Positions 10,750 to 20,188 of a stretch of DNA of 64,000 nucleotides are shown one piece after another (the first letter of the stretch is position 1; every line of letters begins with the position of its first letter). Source of the DNA: an uncultured delta proteobacterium (GTDB taxonomy: Bacteria; Myxococcota_A; Polyangia; Fen-1088); NCBI GenBank assembly GCA_963737265.1, contig CAVTRY010000013.1, positions 160,001-224,000 of the forward strand. The letters are read 5' to 3'. A program made the translations under genes and the position numbers. The notes under the pieces were generated by a model that saw only the letters and a list, made by a program, of their open reading frames with translations, did no database searches and had not been told where the DNA came from.

Positions 10750-11111
10750 GTCTGGGATCCTTTGTGTTCGGGTCGAGCCGCACGGGATTATGCCAGGTTG
10801 GCGAAGGAATCAAGGGGTATGCGCGGCGAGCCGGTCTGAAAGTGGCCACCCGCTCGAGCGGCTGCGGCTCCGGCCGTTGCCGCCGCGCCCGCGCCGCCGG
10901 CATGCACGAGCGTTCAGACCGGTGACACGATGCCTGTCGGCGGCCCACCCCAGGCCGCCCACCGTGCGGCTCCTCCTTCCCGTGGGCCTGGAAAAGAGCG
11001 TGCCGGGCGACCTCATGGCGCTGGCCAAACACCTGGCTTCGCACGAGGCAAGGGGCTCGAAGGGCGTACGACCTTTCCCGGCCGGCCAGGGCCCACTATG
11101 ATGCGCATCTC

Positions 11112-11936
11112 GTGTCCGCGACGCTTCCGCCTGGCTTGGGCGACAAGTCACCCATCTTTACCCTCGGCAGGGGGCCGGCCGTGCTGTGCCTGCACGGATT
11201 CACCAGCACGCCCTACGAGGTTGCGCCCTTGGCGCATGCACTAACAGGCGCGGGATTTTCGGTCTCTGCGCCGCTGCTGGCCGGCCATGGTGACAGCGCG
11301 AAGACCTTGGCAGCCACGCGCTGGCAAGACTGGCTGGCGTCGGCTGAAGAGGCGCTCGATCGCTTGCGCGGCGCCGCCGGTGACGTCCCGCTGGCGCTGG
11401 CTGGGTTCTCCATGGGCGGGCTGCTAGCCTTGCGCTTGGCCCGCTTGCGGCCGCACATCATCTCGGCGCTGGTGATCATGTCGGCGCCGCTCCGCCTGCG
11501 CGCCTACCAAGTCGCCGTGGCCCGCGCCTGGACCCATTTGCCCCGCTTTTTGCGCGACGGCCCGCTGGCCACCGTGCGCAAACGCGGCGGTAGCGATGTC
11601 ACCGACGAAAGTGTGCGACGGGAAAACCCCGGACTTACCGAAATGCCGATCGCGGGAATCGTCGAGCTGACCCGATTGGCGCGAGTCGTGCGCGGCGATC
11701 TGAGTTTCCTGCGCCTGCCCACGCTGATCGTGCACGGCGAGCTCGACCGCACGGTTCCGCAGCGCGACTCCTTCGAATTGGCGGGCAGTTTGGCCTCCCG
11801 GGTCGTGGAACGTCTTTGGCTGCCCCGCTCGGGCCACCTGGTCGCCGTGGATGTGGACCGCACCTTGCTGTGCGAAACGGCGGTGCGCTTCTTGACTGAG
11901 TACACACGCGTGCGCGCGAGCGAGGTTCCGTCATGA
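11112..11936 (+). CDS. Alpha/beta hydrolase (carboxylesterase/monoacylglycerol-lipase-like)
   Basis: 'LHGFT' oxyanion motif, nucleophile 'GFSMGG', Asp in 'HGELDRTV', His in 'SGHLV'. Confidence 0.9.
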   Translation: MSATLPPGLGDKSPIFTLGRGPAVLCLHGFTSTPYEVAPLAHALTGAGFSVSAPLLAGHGDSAKTLAATRWQDWLASAEEALDRLRGAAGDVPLALAGFSMGGLLALRLARLRPHIISALVIMSAPLRLRAYQVAVARAWTHLPRFLRDGPLATVRKRGGSDVTDESVRRENPGLTEMPIAGIVELTRLARVVRGDLSFLRLPTLIVHGELDRTVPQRDSFELAGSLASRVVERLWLPRSGHLVAVDVDRTLLCETAVRFLTEYTRVRASEVPS

Positions 11937-13402
11937 AAGAAGAGTTCGTCCTGGCGATCGACCAGGGAACCACCGGCACCACTGGGCTCCTGCTCGACGA
12001 GAAGATGGAGGTTCGCGGCAAGGGCTACCGCGAGATCCCGCAGAGCTACCCCGCGCCGGGCCTGGTCGAGCACGACCCGGAGGAGATCTGGCGGTCGGTG
12101 CTGGCCGTCGTCGCCGATGCGCGCGCGCAAGCACCTTTGGGCACCGTCGTCGCCATCGGGGTCACCAACCAGCGGGAAACCACCGTGCTGTGGGAGCGAG
12201 CCACCGGTCGGCCCGTCGCGCCCGCCATCGTGTGGCAAGATCGGCGCACCACCGATCGCTGCGATGTCCTGCGTCGGGCGGGGCTCGAGCCCACGTTCCA
12301 AGCCAGCACCGGGCTGCGCCTCGATCCCTATTTCTCCGGCACCAAGATCGCCTGGCTGCTGGACAATATCCCGAACCTGCGCGCTCAGGCCGAGGCCGGC
12401 GCGATCGCGTTCGGCACCGTGGACAGTTTTCTCGCGTGGCGCCTTTCCGGCGGCAAGAGCCACATCACCGATGTCTCGAATGCCTCTCGCACCCTACTCT
12501 TCGATCTTGACCGGCTCGACTGGAATGCGGACTTGTGCCGTCTTCTTGGCGTGCCCATGGCCATGCTTCCGCGCGTCTGCCCGTCCGCGGGGGCGCTGGC
12601 CATCACCCGCGGAGTCGATGGAATTCCCGATGGCACGCCCATAAGTGGCATCGCGGGCGACCAGCAGGCCGCGCTGTACGGTCAGGGCTGCCTCGACCGC
12701 GGCGACGCCAAGTGCACCTTCGGGACCGGCTCATTTCTCCTCATGAATGTGGGCGACAAGCCGGTCGTGTCCCGCCACCGGTTGCTCGGCACGGTGGCGT
12801 GGCAAACCTCGCAGGGCACGACTTACGCGCTGGAGGGCAGTGCGTTCGTGTCGGGCGCGCTCGTGCAGTGGCTGCGCGACGGGCTCGGCATCATCGAATC
12901 CGCCGCCGAGGTCGAATCCCTGGCGGCATCCGTCCCCGACTCCGGCGGCGTGACCATCGTGCCGGCTTTTGCCGGATTGGGCGCCCCGCACTGGCGGCCT
13001 GAGGCGCGCGGGATCATTTCTGGAATTTCGCGCGGAACCACCGCGGCCCACCTAGCACGGGCCGCTCTCGAAGCCATGGCCATGCAGAACGTCGACCTGG
13101 TGCGCGCCATGGAGCTAGACGCCGGCCATTCCATCACCTCCTTGCGCGTCGACGGCGGCGCAGCGGCAAACGGCCTACTCATGCAAATGCAAGCGGATCT
13201 CTTGGGCGCGGACATCATCCGGCCCGCCATGGTTGAATCGACGGCGCTGGGCGCGGCCAGATTGGCGGCCGAGGGGTTGGGGCTTTACACTGACCTGGGG
13301 AAGACGTCAGACTTGGTAGTATCAACCTTCCATCCCCGCCTTGGCTTGTCCGAACGCGAGCAAGTCGTCAACCGCTGGCGCGAATCTTTAGCCAAATCCT
13401 GA
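11933..13402 (+). CDS. glpK: Glycerol kinase
   Basis: 'AIDQGTT', 'TNQRETT', 'VWQDRRT', 'PYFSGTK', 'TDVSNASRT', 'GDQQAAL'. Confidence 0.96.
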   Translation: MKEEFVLAIDQGTTGTTGLLLDEKMEVRGKGYREIPQSYPAPGLVEHDPEEIWRSVLAVVADARAQAPLGTVVAIGVTNQRETTVLWERATGRPVAPAIVWQDRRTTDRCDVLRRAGLEPTFQASTGLRLDPYFSGTKIAWLLDNIPNLRAQAEAGAIAFGTVDSFLAWRLSGGKSHITDVSNASRTLLFDLDRLDWNADLCRLLGVPMAMLPRVCPSAGALAITRGVDGIPDGTPISGIAGDQQAALYGQGCLDRGDAKCTFGTGSFLLMNVGDKPVVSRHRLLGTVAWQTSQGTTYALEGSAFVSGALVQWLRDGLGIIESAAEVESLAASVPDSGGVTIVPAFAGLGAPHWRPEARGIISGISRGTTAAHLARAALEAMAMQNVDLVRAMELDAGHSITSLRVDGGAAANGLLMQMQADLLGADIIRPAMVESTALGAARLAAEGLGLYTDLGKTSDLVVSTFHPRLGLSEREQVVNRWRESLAKS

Positions 13403-13469
13403 ATTGCCCTGAATTGCAGCCCTCGACCAAAAACCATGTTGGCGTGATTCGCCTGATTCGCGTGCGTCG

Positions 13470-14606
13470 ATGAAGCGGCTGCTCGCCACCAAGAAAACCC
13501 TCGTGTGCGTGGGACCTGGGGGCGTGGGAAAAACCACCACCGCGGCGGCGCTGGGCGTAATCGGTGCGCGCAGTGGCCTCAAGACCTTGGTGTGTACCAT
13601 CGACCCTGCGCCTCGCCTCGCCGATGTTCTTGGCATCCCCAATCTCAGCGCCGAGCCCGCCGCCATCGCCGCCAACGCAGCGTCAGCTCTCGGCATCGCC
13701 TCCGCCGGAATGTTGCACGCCATGCGCGTCGATCCCGAGGCTGCCTTCGCCGAGCTGGTGAGAGACCAAGTCGCCGACGCGGAGCTGCGCGGGCGAATCT
13801 TTTCCAATTCGCTCTATCGCCACGTCACCACCAACCTGACCGGCTCGCAGGAATACGCGGCCACGCTCGCGCTTTACGATCTTCGCCGTTGTGGCCAATA
13901 CGACATCATCGTGCTCGACACGCCACCAACGGCCAACGCGCTCGAATTTTTGGAAACGCCCGAACGGCTCGCCGCCGCGATTTCCAGCCCTGCTTTGCAG
14001 TGGTTCGCCCGCCCCGATCCGCACGCCAGCCGCTTCTCGCTCAAACGACTGGGCGCAGGTGGCGCGCTCATGATCAGGCGCGCGGGCAAGCTCGTGGGCA
14101 GCCAATTTCTCGACGACTTGGGTGCATTTCTCCTCGACATCCGGGATGTCTTGGGCGGTTTTCTTTCCCGAGCACGCGAGATCGAGACCGTGCTCAAGCA
14201 GGCCGACGTGGGGTTCGTACTCGTCCTCTCACCCGAGACCGCCGCCGTGCGTGAGGCGCTCTACTTCGCCGGCCGCCTGCGCGAAACCGGCGCGCCGCTG
14301 TGCTGGTACGTTGCCAACCGGACCCTGGCCGAGCCGCTGCCCTGTCCGCCAGACGAGATGCGCGGCTATCTGCGTTCGTGGCCCGAGGTGCGCGACTTGC
14401 CCGCCGCCGAGCTCGATCGGTCAGCAGACACACTTGGCGGCTTACTTGCGTACCTGACCAAGATCGCGCAGGCCCAGAAGCGAGAGCTGGATCGCCTGTC
14501 GCGCGAGTCGCCCGGCATCGAAATCACGACCATCCCACTTCAGCCCCACGATGTCTCGAACCTCGAATCGCTCAAAGCCATCGCCGATCGTCTGCAGGAC
14601 GCCTGA
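13470..14606 (+). CDS. ArsA/Get3-family ATPase (single domain, Rv3680-like)
   Basis: Deviant Walker A 'GPGGVGKTT', 'TIDPAPRLAD', 'VLDTPPT'. Confidence 0.88.
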   Translation: MKRLLATKKTLVCVGPGGVGKTTTAAALGVIGARSGLKTLVCTIDPAPRLADVLGIPNLSAEPAAIAANAASALGIASAGMLHAMRVDPEAAFAELVRDQVADAELRGRIFSNSLYRHVTTNLTGSQEYAATLALYDLRRCGQYDIIVLDTPPTANALEFLETPERLAAAISSPALQWFARPDPHASRFSLKRLGAGGALMIRRAGKLVGSQFLDDLGAFLLDIRDVLGGFLSRAREIETVLKQADVGFVLVLSPETAAVREALYFAGRLRETGAPLCWYVANRTLAEPLPCPPDEMRGYLRSWPEVRDLPAAELDRSADTLGGLLAYLTKIAQAQKRELDRLSRESPGIEITTIPLQPHDVSNLESLKAIADRLQDA

Positions 14607-14715
14607 AGAACTGTCCAAAAATTGGACAGTTCTTCAGCAGCCGAGCCAAGGGCTCGGCCGCAGGTGGGGTGAAGTCCGCGAATTTACTTCGCGGACGAGG
14701 GGAGGGCAGCGGCCC
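14603..14715. repeat. Left part of a multi-hairpin intergenic element interrupted by IS4
   Basis: Perfect 16-bp stem CTGAAGAACTGTCCAA-aaa-TTGGACAGTTCTTCAG (14603-14637), then GCCGAGCC/GGCTCGGC and GTCCGCG/CGCGGAC hairpins. Confidence 0.75.
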
Positions 14716-16144
14716 CATAGGCATTAACCCAAAAACTTGCGATTTCTCCAAGAACGCCCGCATATGCTCGGGATGGACAACATAGCGAAGGACAGCACCA
14801 CGGGCGACTGGCCAATGATTGCGGCGCAGCTTCCATCCGGATGGGAGGATCTGGCGGTCGAGATGGGCGTGGTCTACACGAAGTTTCCGGCGCACATGGG
14901 CACGAAGGTGACCGAGGCGGCACATTTGCTGCAGCCGATTCTGTACCAGGTGGCGACGAACTCGTCGCTGGCCGTGACGGTGGCGATGGCGGCGGCGGCC
15001 GGGGTGATCAAGATGTCGGCAGTCGGGCTGCACAAGCGAATGAGAACCATTGGTCCCTACCTGGCGCGACTGGTGACGCTGATGACGGATGCCGAGGCTT
15101 CGTTCGCAGCGGAGCGATGGGCGGGCTACGACGTGGTGATCGTGGACGGCTCTTCGGTGTCGCGGCCAGGAGCCGAGGGCACCACGGCTCGCGTTCACTA
15201 TGCGCTGCGCTTGAGCACGTTGCGGCCTGTGCAAATCGAGGTCACGGATGACAAGGGCGGCGAGACGTTCAGAAACTTCGATGCCGAGGCGGGACAACTG
15301 TGGATGGGCGACCGCGGCTACTCGAACCCGCCTGGCATAGCGGCGATCATGGCGGCGGATGCCGACGTACTGGTCCGATACAACCGTGGCTCGCTTCCTC
15401 TGTACGGCATGAACGGGCAGCTACTCGACGTTCAGCGAATGCTGGCTCGCCTCAAGCATCCGGGGGTTGCACGCGAATGGTACGCAGAGGTCCATCCGCA
15501 GGGTGGCAAGGCGATCGCTGGCCGGCTGTGCGCGTTGCTCTTGCCGCCCGACAAAGCAGAGGAGGCTCGGCAGCGCGCGCGACGGGAACAAGGTCCGTCT
15601 GTGACTGAGGAAACCCTTGCGGCCGCGCAGTACGTGGTGGTGTTCACGACCGTACCGAGGTCGCGGCTGACCGCCGCCCTGGTCATGGAACTATACGGCC
15701 TCCGCTGGCAAATCGAGCTTCACATCAAGCGGGACAAATCCATCGCAGGGCTCGAACCGACTGCCCAACTTTCGCAACGACACTGTCTATTCCTGGATTT
15801 GCGCCAAGATGCTGCTTACCCAGATCGCCCGCAAACTTGCTACACCCAACGTGGCTATTCCCCCCTGTGGAGAACTCGACTGGTTCGGCATCCGACGAGC
15901 CGCAGAAAGGCGTCAGGGCCGGACTCAGGCGATCAAAGCACCGGGTCGTAGCCGAGCCATGGCGTCTCATGACCGTCCTCTGGCAAACCGTATGCGCGGC
16001 GCTCACGCCGATCAGCGCCAGTCGGTTTCCCGATTTCTTGCAGGCATTCCTTGACCACCTTCAACTCCAAGTCCCGCGCAAGCGTCTACGCAGCGCCGTT
16101 AAGTTCCAGCAACATCTTGCGGAGGAATTGGGTTAATGCCTATG
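14716..16144 (+). mobile_element. IS4-family insertion sequence (IS231/IS186-like), 1429 bp
   Basis: Perfect 17-bp terminal inverted repeats CATAGGCATTAACCCAA (14716-14732) and TTGGGTTAATGCCTATG (16128-16144). 11-bp direct repeat GGCAGCGGCCC at 14705-14715 and 16145-16155. Confidence 0.95.
14764..16136 (+). pseudogene. IS4-family DDE transposase with a +1 frameshift at about 15756
   Basis: 'IVDGS', 'MGDRGY' and YREK-like 'YGLRWQIE..IK..KS'. Removing one A from CTCGAACCG restores 'GLDRLPNFRNDTVYSWICAKML'. The 'PWRLMTVLW' tail is in a further frame. Confidence 0.88.
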
Positions 16145-16300
16145 GGCAGCGGCCCTCCCTTCAAAAATCTTCAAGACGGGTCCATTTATGGACACGTCTT
16201 GAGCGCGGGTATTGTTGTGTGCCTCCGCCATTCCCGCTTTTCCGACCGGATTTTGGCAAACGAGCTAAACTTCTTGCGCGAAGAGACGATTTATTGCGGC

Positions 16301-18229
16301 ATGAGGCAACCACTGCCACCGGTGATCGCGGTCGACGAAGCAAAGTGTGTCAACTGCCATGCCTGCATCTCCGCGTGCCCGGTCAAGTACTGCAATGACG
16401 GCAGTGGCGACACCATCAAGCTCGATCACGACCTGTGCATCGGATGCGGCCAATGCCTCAAGGCATGCACCCACGGAGCTCGCCTGCCCATGGATGACAC
16501 CGCGGCTCTTCTCAAGGATGCTGAAAGGCACATCCCCATGGTTGCCATCGCGGCCCCCGCCGTGGCCTCTTCGTTTCCCAACCAATACCTGAACCTCAAC
16601 GGCTGGCTCGCATCGATCGGGGTCGAGGCCGTGTTCGACGTCAGCTTCGGGGCCGAGCTGACCATCCGCTCGTACCTCGAGCACCTCAAGGCCAACCAGC
16701 CGAAATTGATCATCGCCCAACCCTGCCCGGCGCTCGTCAGCTACATCGAGATCTATCGCCCCGACCTTCTGCCCTATCTCGCTCCAGCGGACAGTCCGAT
16801 GATGCACACCCTGAAGATGATCCGCGAATACTACCCGCAGTATCGCTCGCACAAGCTGGTCATCCTGTCGCCCTGTGTGGCCAAGAAGCGCGAATTCGTC
16901 AGTGTCGGCATCGGCGACTACAACGTGACCCTGCATGCCTTGAAGCAGCACTTGACAAAGCACCGTATATCTCTCCACGCATTCCCCAAAGTCGACTTCG
17001 CCAATCCGCCCGCCGAGCGGGCCGTTCTGTTTTCGACGCCGGGCGGACTGCAACGCACGGCCGAGCGCTGGAATCCGGCCCTGCGCAACATCACGCGCAA
17101 AATCGAAGGGCCGCATGTCGTCTATCACTATCTGGACCATTTGTCTGCCATGGTCGACAAGGGTAAGGCCCCGCTGCTGGTTGATTGCCTGAACTGCGAT
17201 TTGGGGTGCAACGGCGGAACTGGAACCGATATGGCCGACGCCTCGCCCGACGAGGTGGAGTTTTCCATCGAAGAGCGCAATCAGGAGATGCAAGGGAAGC
17301 ACAAGCGGGCCGGATTCTTCACCGCGGCCCGCACCCGCCGGGCACTCGAAAAGATGGTCGACCGCTATTGGAAGCCAGGACTTTACGGCCGTTCTTATGC
17401 CCGCAACTCGGACGTGCAGCATCTAAACAAGCCGTCGCCGGCGCAATTGGAAGCTATCTACGCAACGATGCATAAGCACAAGCCGGAAGACAGGCAGAAC
17501 TGTTCGTCGTGTGGTTACGGCTCGTGCGACAAGATGGCGACGGCGATCCACAACGGGCTCAACCGCCCCGAAAACTGCCATCACTTCCTGCGCACGACTT
17601 TGGACGAGGAAAAGGCGCACACCGAGCAGAAGGTGCGGGATCGCACGCGCGAGCTCAACGAAATCGGGCGAGCCCAGCGCGAATCCTCGCAGCGTCTGGG
17701 AAGTGAGCTCACGACCGTCAGTAGGGCGGCGGAGGAGATGGCCCAAACCATCACCGACATCTCGACCAGCGCCGACAAAGCGCGTGCCATAACCACCGAT
17801 GCGGTGGAGAAGGCCGAGAAGGTCGTGACGGTCATGGAGGGGCTCGGCAAAGCGGCTGCCGACATCAGTAAGGTGACCGACGCCATCAACTCGATCTCGG
17901 CCCAAACCAACCTTCTTGCCCTGAACGCAACCATCGAAGCGGCCCGCGCCGGCGCGCTGGGGAAGGGCTTTGCCGTGGTCGCCAACGAAGTCAAAGAGCT
18001 CGCTCGTCAAGCGGCCACGGCGACCGACGACATCCGGGTCAAGATCAGCAGTGTTCAGGCATCCACCTCGAACGCCGTGGAAGGCATTTCCGGCGTGGCA
18101 GGCGTCGTTCGCGATGTCAGTGCAATCGTCTCGACGATTGCGGCCGCTATCGAGAAGCAATCCAGAGTCACCGAAGAGATCGCGACCAATATCGCCCGCG
18201 CCTCCGCCGAAGCCGCCCAGAGGGTTTAG
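16301..18229 (+). CDS. Sensory [FeFe]-hydrogenase-like protein fused to a methyl-accepting chemotaxis signalling domain (group C2-like)
   Basis: Two ferredoxin motifs ([12 protein letters not shown]; [11 protein letters not shown]), H-domain motifs 'AQPCPA', 'SPCVAKKRE', '[11 protein letters not shown]', FeS motif 'NCSSCGY', MCP tip '[31 protein letters not shown]'. The ORF-track start at 16136 lies inside the IS end, so 16301 is preferred. Confidence 0.9.
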   Translation: MRQPLPPVIAVDEAKCVNCHACISACPVKYCNDGSGDTIKLDHDLCIGCGQCLKACTHGARLPMDDTAALLKDAERHIPMVAIAAPAVASSFPNQYLNLNGWLASIGVEAVFDVSFGAELTIRSYLEHLKANQPKLIIAQPCPALVSYIEIYRPDLLPYLAPADSPMMHTLKMIREYYPQYRSHKLVILSPCVAKKREFVSVGIGDYNVTLHALKQHLTKHRISLHAFPKVDFANPPAERAVLFSTPGGLQRTAERWNPALRNITRKIEGPHVVYHYLDHLSAMVDKGKAPLLVDCLNCDLGCNGGTGTDMADASPDEVEFSIEERNQEMQGKHKRAGFFTAARTRRALEKMVDRYWKPGLYGRSYARNSDVQHLNKPSPAQLEAIYATMHKHKPEDRQNCSSCGYGSCDKMATAIHNGLNRPENCHHFLRTTLDEEKAHTEQKVRDRTRELNEIGRAQRESSQRLGSELTTVSRAAEEMAQTITDISTSADKARAITTDAVEKAEKVVTVMEGLGKAAADISKVTDAINSISAQTNLLALNATIEAARAGALGKGFAVVANEVKELARQAATATDDIRVKISSVQASTSNAVEGISGVAGVVRDVSAIVSTIAAAIEKQSRVTEEIATNIARASAEAAQRV

Positions 18230-18267
18230 ATTCCATCCAATGGCCCGTCGGGTACGATGCGAGCAAA

Positions 18268-19116
18268 ATGGATCGGAAATCTTCTATTTTGAAATACCTA
18301 TCGTCCCTGCTGACGCTCCTCGCGACGACCGCGGGATGTGATGCCGTATTGGGCATCAGGTCGACGGAACCCGCACGGGACGGCGCAATGTTCCCGGACG
18401 CAGCGATCTCCGGAGGAAATGCGTGGGGCTGCGTGGGCCAGGTCAACCTCGACGAGATGAGCAGCGCGCCCATACCGATCGACCTCGTTGTATACGACGT
18501 GGCGACGCGCTTGCCGCCGCCCGGTCTGTTGGTTGTCGCTTGTTGGACGCCTTCGCCCGACTGTGCAGATTTCGCCGCTGGCCCCGTGGGTGCTATGGAC
18601 GGCGGAGACGTGCCGCTGTCGTTGCCGGCCAACTTTATAGGCACACTGACCATAACCGCCAACGGGATGATACCTAGCCTCATCCAACTCACGCGCCGAG
18701 TGGGCAAGATGACGCTGCCACCCAATCCTATCGAATTGGTCAGTCTCCAAACCGCTACATTCGAGGCGGAAGCCCTGGGCACCGCGATCGATCCAACACG
18801 CGGACTACTGCTTTTGCAGGCTTTGGATTGCAGTGGCAACAAAGCGAGTGGCGTGTCTTTTGAGCTTGAGACGCCTGCCTTTGGCGCTGAGCCCTTCTAT
18901 TTTCGCGGTCTCTATCCCGTCACGACTGGAGACGGCACCGATGCATCGGGGGGCGGCGGCATTCTCAACGTGCCCGTGGGCAATCAGATGGTGCGCGAAA
19001 TACGGGTCGCCGACGGCGAGATCATCAACAGCTTTCCGGCCGTCATCCAAGCGGGATGGGTCACCTACGCCACGGTGGAGCCTTCGGGCACGCTCAATCC
19101 AGACCCCGCTCAATAA
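18268..19116 (+). CDS. Hypothetical lipoprotein (myxobacterial type)
   Basis: Lipobox 'TAGC', 'NAWGCVG', 'DCSGNKASGV', 'GGGGILNVP.G'. Confidence 0.7.
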   Translation: MDRKSSILKYLSSLLTLLATTAGCDAVLGIRSTEPARDGAMFPDAAISGGNAWGCVGQVNLDEMSSAPIPIDLVVYDVATRLPPPGLLVVACWTPSPDCADFAAGPVGAMDGGDVPLSLPANFIGTLTITANGMIPSLIQLTRRVGKMTLPPNPIELVSLQTATFEAEALGTAIDPTRGLLLLQALDCSGNKASGVSFELETPAFGAEPFYFRGLYPVTTGDGTDASGGGGILNVPVGNQMVREIRVADGEIINSFPAVIQAGWVTYATVEPSGTLNPDPAQ

Positions 19117-19132
19117 TTCGGCTGGCCCAAAC

Positions 19133-20188
19133 CTAGAAGCTCCCCGCGACCAACAACGACGCGCCCCCGGCCGTGGCGCTGATCGAGGGTCGAGCGGCGC
19201 GGCCCGGCGGAAACCAGTCCGGCCAGAATCGCCAAGCAATGTAGGTCGTCACGGCGGCGCTCGCGATTCCGACACTAAACGCCGCCGTGGAGATGCCAGC
19301 TGCTCGCTCCGCGCTTCGTCCCGCGTTCACTGCCGCGTCGCTGCACACGGTCTGTGCCTCGGGACAAAGCCGGGTGCGCTCGTCCCAATGCGATTTTGCT
19401 TGCAGTCCGTAGTAGGCCCCCACGGCGAGCGCCGTCACGGTCACGCTCGCTGCGGTCGAGCCCAAGGCAACCGAAGTCCAACCCCGGCGACGGGGCGGCT
19501 TGTCCTCGCTGGCGCTGGAGGAAGTCGCGGGCGCCGGCGTGACCGGAACCAGGGCCACAAGCGCCCGCAGCAATGGCACTTCAACGACCTTCGTGTCTCC
19601 TTCGTCGGCCAAGGTCACGTCGCTTTGCCAGTCCGCCCTTTCCGCGGCCGTGGCCCGCAGCGCGTGGCTTCCACCATCGACAGGATAGGGCGCGCCCCAG
19701 GCGGACTCCGGCAGGAGAACGCCGTCGAGCTCCAGCGAGAGCCCTGGCCTCCGGACGGTGGGCGACACGGATACGACGAGAGCCGATCGTCGTCCTCTCA
19801 ACTCGCCCATGCGTTGCTCCGCCAATTTCTCGCGCGCTGGCTTGTGTTCATTCTGGGCCAAGGACAGGACTGTCTTGTAGCTGGCCCAAGCGCTCGCCAG
19901 CTTGCCCTGACGTTCCTGGCAAAGGGCCAAATTGAGCGCGGTTCCGCTCGCTGGGTCCAGCCGCAGGCTCTCGGCGAAGAGCGGACAGGCCTTGTCGTAC
20001 TTCTGGGCAAGTAGGTGCGTGCGCCCTTCGGCGAACAGCGTTTCAGCCAGGGTTTCCCGTGCGTCGGTCGCGTCCGCCGCACGCGCCGGAAGGGCCACCC
20101 AAAAGCCGACTAAGACAGTCCATGTTCGGATTTGTCCTAGGCAGCGAAGAAGACGCCATCCCTCACTTGCGCTGCAGAAATTCTTCAT
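19133..20188 (-). CDS. TPR/PEGA-like membrane or secreted protein
   Basis: 'AETLFAEGR...ACPLFAESLRLDPASGTALNLALCQERQGKLASAW' TPR, then a beta-sandwich and hydrophobic C-terminal helices. Start uncertain. Confidence 0.8.
   Translation of the reverse strand: MKNFCSASEGWRLLRCLGQIRTWTVLVGFWVALPARAADATDARETLAETLFAEGRTHLLAQKYDKACPLFAESLRLDPASGTALNLALCQERQGKLASAWASYKTVLSLAQNEHKPAREKLAEQRMGELRGRRSALVVSVSPTVRRPGLSLELDGVLLPESAWGAPYPVDGGSHALRATAAERADWQSDVTLADEGDTKVVEVPLLRALVALVPVTPAPATSSSASEDKPPRRRGWTSVALGSTAASVTVTALAVGAYYGLQAKSHWDERTRLCPEAQTVCSDAAVNAGRSAERAAGISTAAFSVGIASAAVTTYIAWRFWPDWFPPGRAARPSISATAGGASLLVAGSF

Noticed and set aside
9752-11044. Long N-terminal extension of E2
   Set aside because: Out-of-frame overlap with E1 beta. 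The true start is MSYEFKLP, with an RBS.
10750-11111. Small gene between E1 beta and the esterase
   Set aside because: Several short Arg/Pro-rich ORFs, none with recognisable motifs or an RBS.
16136-16300. N-terminal extension of the hydrogenase-MCP
   Set aside because: The ATG lies in the IS inverted repeat and the extension crosses hairpin sequence.
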